A DNA stretch of 64,000 nt from an uncultured Mycoplasmatota bacterium (lineage in GTDB: Bacteria > Bacillota_I > Bacilli_A > RF39 > UBA660), in NCBI GenBank assembly GCA_948467605.1, contig CAOKET010000004.1, positions 7,799 to 71,798 on the forward strand, in the 5' to 3' direction. The notes beneath the pieces were generated by a model. The model was not told where the DNA came from, did not search any database, and saw only the letters and a program-made list of their open reading frames with translations. The translations under genes were made by a program, and so were the position numbers. Positions within the stretch are counted from its first letter, which is position 1. The number at the start of each line of letters is the position of its first letter. Shown piece after piece: positions 60,359 through 64,000 of this stretch.

Positions 60359-63300
60359 ATGAGTAATATAGGTTTAATAAGTGAGAATGATAACTCTACT
60401 GTATTAGCAGAATATACAGGTTTAAATAGAGTGGCTACATCTTTTCAAAGTGAGGATGCTCTTGAAAAAGAGCTTATTAAAACATTAGTAGATCAAGGAT
60501 ATGATTATTTAACTATTAATTCTGAAGATGAATTAATTTTAAATTTAAGAAGACAATTAGAAAAATTAAATAATTATGCCTTTACTGATGGTGAATGGGA
60601 TTCATTCTTTGCTAAGGTTATTGCTAATAAAAATGATTACATTATAGAAAAGACTAGACTTATTCAAGAGGATTATAAGCAAGAGATTACGCTTGATTCT
60701 GGTGCTAAGAAAAATATTTATCTAATAGATAAGAATAATATCCATAACAATAGCGTTCAAGTATTAAATCAATATGTTAATAATGAAGGAAATTACGATA
60801 ATAGATATGATGTCACTATTTTAGTTAATGGTCTTCCTTTAGTTCATGTAGAACTTAAAAAACGAGGAGTAGATTTAAGAGAAGCATTCAACCAAATAGA
60901 AAGATATCAAAGAGATTCATTTTGGGCAGGATGTGGGTTATATAATTTTGTTCAAATATTTGTTATATCTAATGGGACACTTACTAAGTATTATTCTAAT
61001 ACCACTAGAGAGTTTCATATCAATAATCAGAAAAAAAAGAAATCTAATTCATTTGAATTTACTTCCTATTGGGCAGACCAAAAAAATAATGGGATAACTG
61101 ATTTAATTGATTTTGCTAAAACTTTTTTAACTAAGCATACTTTACTTAATGTCTTAACTAAATATTGTGTATTTACTAGTGAAGAAGATCTACTGGTTAT
61201 GAGACCTTATCAGATAGTTGCAACCGAGAAGATATTAAATAGAATAACTATTGCTTATAACAGCAAGTTCTATGGGTCTATTAAGTCTGGTGGTTATATA
61301 TGGCATACAACTGGTTCAGGTAAGACACTTACTTCTTTTAAAACATCACAACTTGCTAGTAAATTAGGTTTTATTGATAAGGTTTTGTTTGTTGTAGATA
61401 GAAAAGATTTAGATTATCAAACAATGAAAGAATATGATAGGTTTAAGGAAGGTGCAGCTAACTCTAATACCTCTACTAAGGTGTTGGAGGAACAATTGCA
61501 TGATCCTAATGCTAAAATCATTATTACAACTATTCAAAAACTTTCTCAGTTTATTAAGAAGAATGAGAATAGTGAAGTTTTTAATAAGCATGTAGTATTT
61601 ATTTTTGATGAATGTCATAGGTCACAATTTGGCGATATGCATAAAGCTATTATAAAAAAATTTAACAAATATTATTTATTTGGTTTTACAGGTACACCAA
61701 TATTTCCAGAGAATGCTAGAACTATTAAATGTGTAGCTGAAACTACTGAGCAAATCTTTGGAGAGAGATTACATACTTATACAATTGTTAATGCAATTGC
61801 TGATAAGAATGTTTTACCTTTCAAATATGAATATGTTGGTAGAGTTGATATTAGAGATGATGTTAATGATGAAAAAGTTTACAATATAGATGAAGAAAAA
61901 TTATTTGATAATCAGATGAGAATAAGTATGATTACCTTATATATAATTGATCATTTTAGTACCAAGACAAAGACTAGTGAAAGCTATGTATATTCAACTC
62001 TTGATAATGTAATAGAAGTTGCCAAAAAGCAAGATACAGAGGAAATTAAGACTAAGAAAAATGTTAATGGTTTTAATTCAATATTTGCTGTTTCTAGTAT
62101 CAAAATGGCAAAGGAATACTATGCTGAATTTAAAAAAGAATTATCTTTTAGTAATAGCAATCTTAAAGTAGCATTAATTTATTCTTATGGCGTTAATGGT
62201 GAAGATGGAGTTATTGATGAAAATTCTGAGTCTACGGAGGCACTTAGTACTGATGATAGAACATTCTTAGAAGGTGCTATTAAAGATTATAATAAGATGT
62301 TTGGTACAAGTTATGATACATCATCAGAACGTTTTCAAAATTATTATAAAGATGTCTCGTTAAGAATGAAAAATAGAGAGATAGATATTTTAATCGTTGC
62401 TAATATGTTTTTAACTGGATTTGATGCTAAGACATTAAATACATTATGGGTGGATAAAAACCTTAAGTGGCATGGCTTGATACAAGCTTTTTCTAGAACT
62501 AATAGAATACTTAATAGTGTAAAAACATATGGTAATATTGTTTCGTTTAGAAATTTAGAGGATAGACTTAATGAGGCACTTGCTAAATTTGGCGATGAAG
62601 AGGCACATGGTGTAGTTTTACTAAAACCATATAAAGATTATTATTATGGTTATCAATATGATAATGGTAAAACATTTGAAGGTTATAAGTCACTAGTTGA
62701 AAAATTAACTTCTAAATTTGCACCTGGTGAGTTAATGCAAAGTGAAGCAGATCAGAAAGAGTTTATCAAACTATATGGTGCTATTCTTAAAGTGACTAAT
62801 ATTTTGTCATCATTTGATGAGTTCAAAGATGACGAACTAATTAATGAAAGAGATAAGCAAGACTACCATAGTGTTTATATTGAACTATATAATGACTTTA
62901 GAAATAGAACAAAACAGGAAAAAACAGATGTTACTGATGATGTAGTATTTGAAATGGAACTTATCAAATCTATAGAAGTTAACATTGATTATATCTTGGG
63001 ATTAGTTAAGAAGTATCATGACTCTAACATGGAGGATAAAGAGATACTTATTACTATAGAGAAAACTATCATGGCAAGCCCTGATTTAAGAAATAAGAAG
63101 GATTTAATTATGGCATTTATTGATTCACTTGATCAGGATTCAAATGTATATGGGGATTTTGAATCATTCATGAATAGTAAAAGACGTGAAGAACTAGATA
63201 GGATAATAAGCGAAGAAAACCTAAATAAAGATGAAACATATAGTTTTATTCAAAGGGCTTTCGAACAAGGTAGAGTGGAAACTAATGGTACAGAAGTATC

Positions 63301-63427
63301 AACTATACTTCCACCTATGAGTATGTTTACTCCTACTAATGATAGACAAGAAAAGAAAAATAAGGTTATTGATAGATTACTTGAATTTTTCGACAAATTT
63401 TTTAGTATATCTAATGACAAATTTTAA
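60359..63427 (+). CDS. hsdR: Type I R-M restriction subunit (EcoR124I-like)
   Basis: RYDVTILVNGLPLVHVELKK nuclease, HTTGSGKT, DECHR, FGFTGTP, FLTGFD, QAFSRTNR. Confidence 0.97.
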   Translation: MSNIGLISENDNSTVLAEYTGLNRVATSFQSEDALEKELIKTLVDQGYDYLTINSEDELILNLRRQLEKLNNYAFTDGEWDSFFAKVIANKNDYIIEKTRLIQEDYKQEITLDSGAKKNIYLIDKNNIHNNSVQVLNQYVNNEGNYDNRYDVTILVNGLPLVHVELKKRGVDLREAFNQIERYQRDSFWAGCGLYNFVQIFVISNGTLTKYYSNTTREFHINNQKKKKSNSFEFTSYWADQKNNGITDLIDFAKTFLTKHTLLNVLTKYCVFTSEEDLLVMRPYQIVATEKILNRITIAYNSKFYGSIKSGGYIWHTTGSGKTLTSFKTSQLASKLGFIDKVLFVVDRKDLDYQTMKEYDRFKEGAANSNTSTKVLEEQLHDPNAKIIITTIQKLSQFIKKNENSEVFNKHVVFIFDECHRSQFGDMHKAIIKKFNKYYLFGFTGTPIFPENARTIKCVAETTEQIFGERLHTYTIVNAIADKNVLPFKYEYVGRVDIRDDVNDEKVYNIDEEKLFDNQMRISMITLYIIDHFSTKTKTSESYVYSTLDNVIEVAKKQDTEEIKTKKNVNGFNSIFAVSSIKMAKEYYAEFKKELSFSNSNLKVALIYSYGVNGEDGVIDENSESTEALSTDDRTFLEGAIKDYNKMFGTSYDTSSERFQNYYKDVSLRMKNREIDILIVANMFLTGFDAKTLNTLWVDKNLKWHGLIQAFSRTNRILNSVKTYGNIVSFRNLEDRLNEALAKFGDEEAHGVVLLKPYKDYYYGYQYDNGKTFEGYKSLVEKLTSKFAPGELMQSEADQKEFIKLYGAILKVTNILSSFDEFKDDELINERDKQDYHSVYIELYNDFRNRTKQEKTDVTDDVVFEMELIKSIEVNIDYILGLVKKYHDSNMEDKEILITIEKTIMASPDLRNKKDLIMAFIDSLDQDSNVYGDFESFMNSKRREELDRIISEENLNKDETYSFIQRAFEQGRVETNGTEVSTILPPMSMFTPTNDRQEKKNKVIDRLLEFFDKFFSISNDKF

Positions 63428-63515
63428 AACTTAGTGTAGCAAAAAATATAGCCAATTTATTTTCAAATTGGCTATATAAAACAATATTCATCACTTTTTA
63501 ATAATCATATCTAGT

Positions 63516-63728
63516 TTATCCTAGATTATTATTCTTACTGTTGTCTGGATTCGATGCTATAAATTTTTTCCCTGTTTCTGATTGAGTTCTAACATGATAC
63601 TTTGGATACAAACCATTTTCTACTTTTTTTACGGCTTGGTTAATAGTCATATCGATTCCTAAGTAATTATCGTGTATCTTGGTATTAAATCCTGATGAGG
63701 TTTCGTTTTTTACAGATAATCTTTTCAT
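63516..63728 (-). CDS. Small DUF3892-like protein
   Basis: AGGAG RBS; ends FIASNPDNSKNNNLG, resembling the NPD....NNL tail of DUF3892. Confidence 0.55.
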   Translation of the reverse strand: MKRLSVKNETSSGFNTKIHDNYLGIDMTINQAVKKVENGLYPKYHVRTQSETGKKFIASNPDNSKNNNLG

Positions 63729-64000
63729 ATATTTGTAATCTCCTTTCTAGAAGTTACAAACAGTATAAGGAAAGAGCATAACCAAAAAACTACATAAATA
63801 TTGATTTTCATAGAATTTTTGGGTATACTATTTATATCGTATAGTGGCATATATGATATTTGGAATGTTATACTTGTTTATAACTTTCTGATTTATTGCT
63901 AGAAAATCACAAATGTGGTTTTTTATTTGCCTCAATATTTTCTAGCTAAATAAATTTTATCATGTTATTTTAATAATTGCAATATTTATTTTTAATTTTT

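Larger units (their letters stand above)
55125..64000. mobile_element. Inserted defence-bearing element; right end not in the window
   Basis: Begins where amidase homology stops; carries a rep-like pseudogene, Fic, type I R-M and cargo genes. No integrase seen in the window. Confidence 0.65.

Overview
Very AT-rich bacterial DNA, standard genetic code, almost all genes on the + strand. Gene order and content point to a streamlined, spore-forming, peptidoglycan-bearing member of Bacilli (RF39-like; this placement is inference). 1-55 kb is mostly core genome with Bacillus-like synteny: cwlD-cdaA-cdaR; mrnC-rlmB-sigH-secE-nusG-rplK-rplA-rplJ-rplL; spoVG-typA; a DUF4358-MBOAT-DHHW acylation cluster; gltX; dacB-spmA-spmB-rluB-fer; yunB-yutD-yutH-nifU-S1 protein. 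There are 8 tRNA genes and two r-protein leader RNAs. Accessory material: small decayed islands at the 3' ends of tRNA-Glu and tRNA-Leu that share a GTTCG-N13/14-TGGTG end motif; an Abi_2/HEPN gene followed by a frameshifted IS3-family element with a third, degenerate inverted repeat; and, from about 55.1 kb to the window end, foreign DNA that cuts an N-acetylmuramoyl-L-alanine amidase gene mid-domain. That insert carries a decayed replication-protein gene, a Fic protein and a type IC-like restriction-modification operon with two extra genes (a PD-(D/E)xK-like nuclease and a 2-TM protein) coupled inside it. A separate candidate system is a split-versus-fused DUF1292-like/coiled-coil module at 39.5-42.1 kb with a third paralogous pair at 12.9-14.3 kb. 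No CRISPR array or rRNA gene was seen. All family names come from motif recognition, not database searches.
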